Of a stretch of DNA of 35,947 nucleotides, positions 35,197 through 35,947 are shown piece by piece (position 1 is the first letter of the stretch; every line of letters starts with the position of its first letter). The position numbers and the translations under genes are program-made. The stretch comes from a virus (taxonomy: Duplodnaviria; Heunggongvirae; Uroviricota; Caudoviricetes), in IMG/VR virus record IMGVR_UViG_2897375277_000005; one strand, written 5' to 3'. The notes below the pieces were generated by a model. That model was not told the origin of the DNA. It saw nothing but the letters and a program-made list of their open reading frames with translations, and made no database searches.

Positions 35197-35947
35197 GGTT
35201 TATCAGACTGACAATGCCACGCTCTGTCGTGGGAATGCGCTGGAAATATTGCCGCTGATTGAGCCAGAAAGTATTGATGCCTTAATCACTGACCCGCCTT
35301 ACAGTTCGGGCGCGACACACAAGGCCGGACGCACCAACCAGGGCAGCCACGCAAAATATCTGAACGGCGAGAACCTTCATCGCTTTGATGGGTTTGCGGG
35401 TGAAAACATGGATGCCCGTTCGTGGGCTTACTGGACACAATTATGGATGGCACAGGCACACCGCGCAGTCAGGCCGGGCGGTTATGCCCTGGTATTTACT
35501 GACTGGCGACAACTACCAGCTTTAACCGATGCGTTTCAGGCCAGTGGCTTTACATGGCGCGGTATCATTGCGTGGAACAAGGGGAGGGGGTCACGAACAC
35601 CCCATACCGGGTATTTCCGGCATCAGTGCGAATACATTGTCTGGGGCAGCAAAGGCCATTTAGATAAATCGCCTTCGGGGCCGTTCGACGGCTGCATGAC
35701 GTTCCCGGTTATCCCGTCAAAGAAAATGCACCCGACCGGAAAACCAGAAGAACTAATGGCAGAGCTGGTCAGGACTGTGAATAGTGGCGGAACAGTCCTT
35801 GATCCTTTTATGGGGTCAGGGACAACGGGTGTGGCTGCACTGAAAGCAGGGCGAAAATTTATTGGTATAGAAACCAGTGATCATTATTTTGAGGTAGCAG
35901 CGCAGCGGCTTCGGGGGACTATTACCACAACCATTTCGGCTACATAA
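35141..35947 (+). CDS. DNA amino-methyltransferase (N6-adenine or N4-cytosine, beta-class motif order)
   Basis: DPPY motif (LITDPPYSS) followed C-terminally by the SAM-binding FxGxG motif (FMGSGTTGVAA); GAGGAG RBS. Specificity cannot be told from sequence alone. Confidence 0.8.
   Translation: MTVGIAIQHQPAHTPEHTKVYQTDNATLCRGNALEILPLIEPESIDALITDPPYSSGATHKAGRTNQGSHAKYLNGENLHRFDGFAGENMDARSWAYWTQLWMAQAHRAVRPGGYALVFTDWRQLPALTDAFQASGFTWRGIIAWNKGRGSRTPHTGYFRHQCEYIVWGSKGHLDKSPSGPFDGCMTFPVIPSKKMHPTGKPEELMAELVRTVNSGGTVLDPFMGSGTTGVAALKAGRKFIGIETSDHYFEVAAQRLRGTITTTISAT

Noticed and set aside
1-35947. Screen for CRISPR arrays, tRNA and rRNA genes
   Set aside because: No regularly spaced direct repeats with unique spacers, no cloverleaf-like tRNA candidates at the prophage ends, and no rRNA-like sequence were seen. 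Small tRNA fragments at an att site cannot be excluded by eye.

Overview
This window is almost entirely one P2-like temperate prophage (about 34 kb), read from its integrase end to ogr, plus about 1.9 kb of uncertain affiliation on the right. All similarity calls are from reading the six-frame translations against remembered family sequences; no database search was run. The layout is: int and repressor C (minus), then rightward cox and a run of small early genes, a long replication initiator A (5099-7939), a seven-gene cargo cluster (8016-11431), a repeat-rich putative cos region, Q/P (minus) divergent from O-N-M-L-X, a lysis cassette, R-S, and baseplate and tail fibre genes V-W-J-I-H-tfa. The tail fibre carries an invertible segment with a Hin/Gin-family invertase (26284-26883). 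The sheath, tube, E/E', tape measure and U genes sit on the minus strand, opposite to canonical P2, followed by D and ogr on plus. The most interesting part is the cargo cluster between A and the packaging region, the position of the tin/old accessory locus in P2. It holds an R1-type ParM/ParR partition pair with palindromic repeats upstream, a small protein ending in a ClpX-type zinc-binding domain, two orphan proteins, and a YafO-family toxin with no recognisable YafN-type antitoxin. Right of ogr are a Hok/Gef-family type I toxin ORF, a zinc-ribbon TM2 membrane protein, and a Mu Com-like zinc finger overlapping a beta-class DNA amino-methyltransferase. No att sites, tRNA, rRNA or CRISPR arrays were found.
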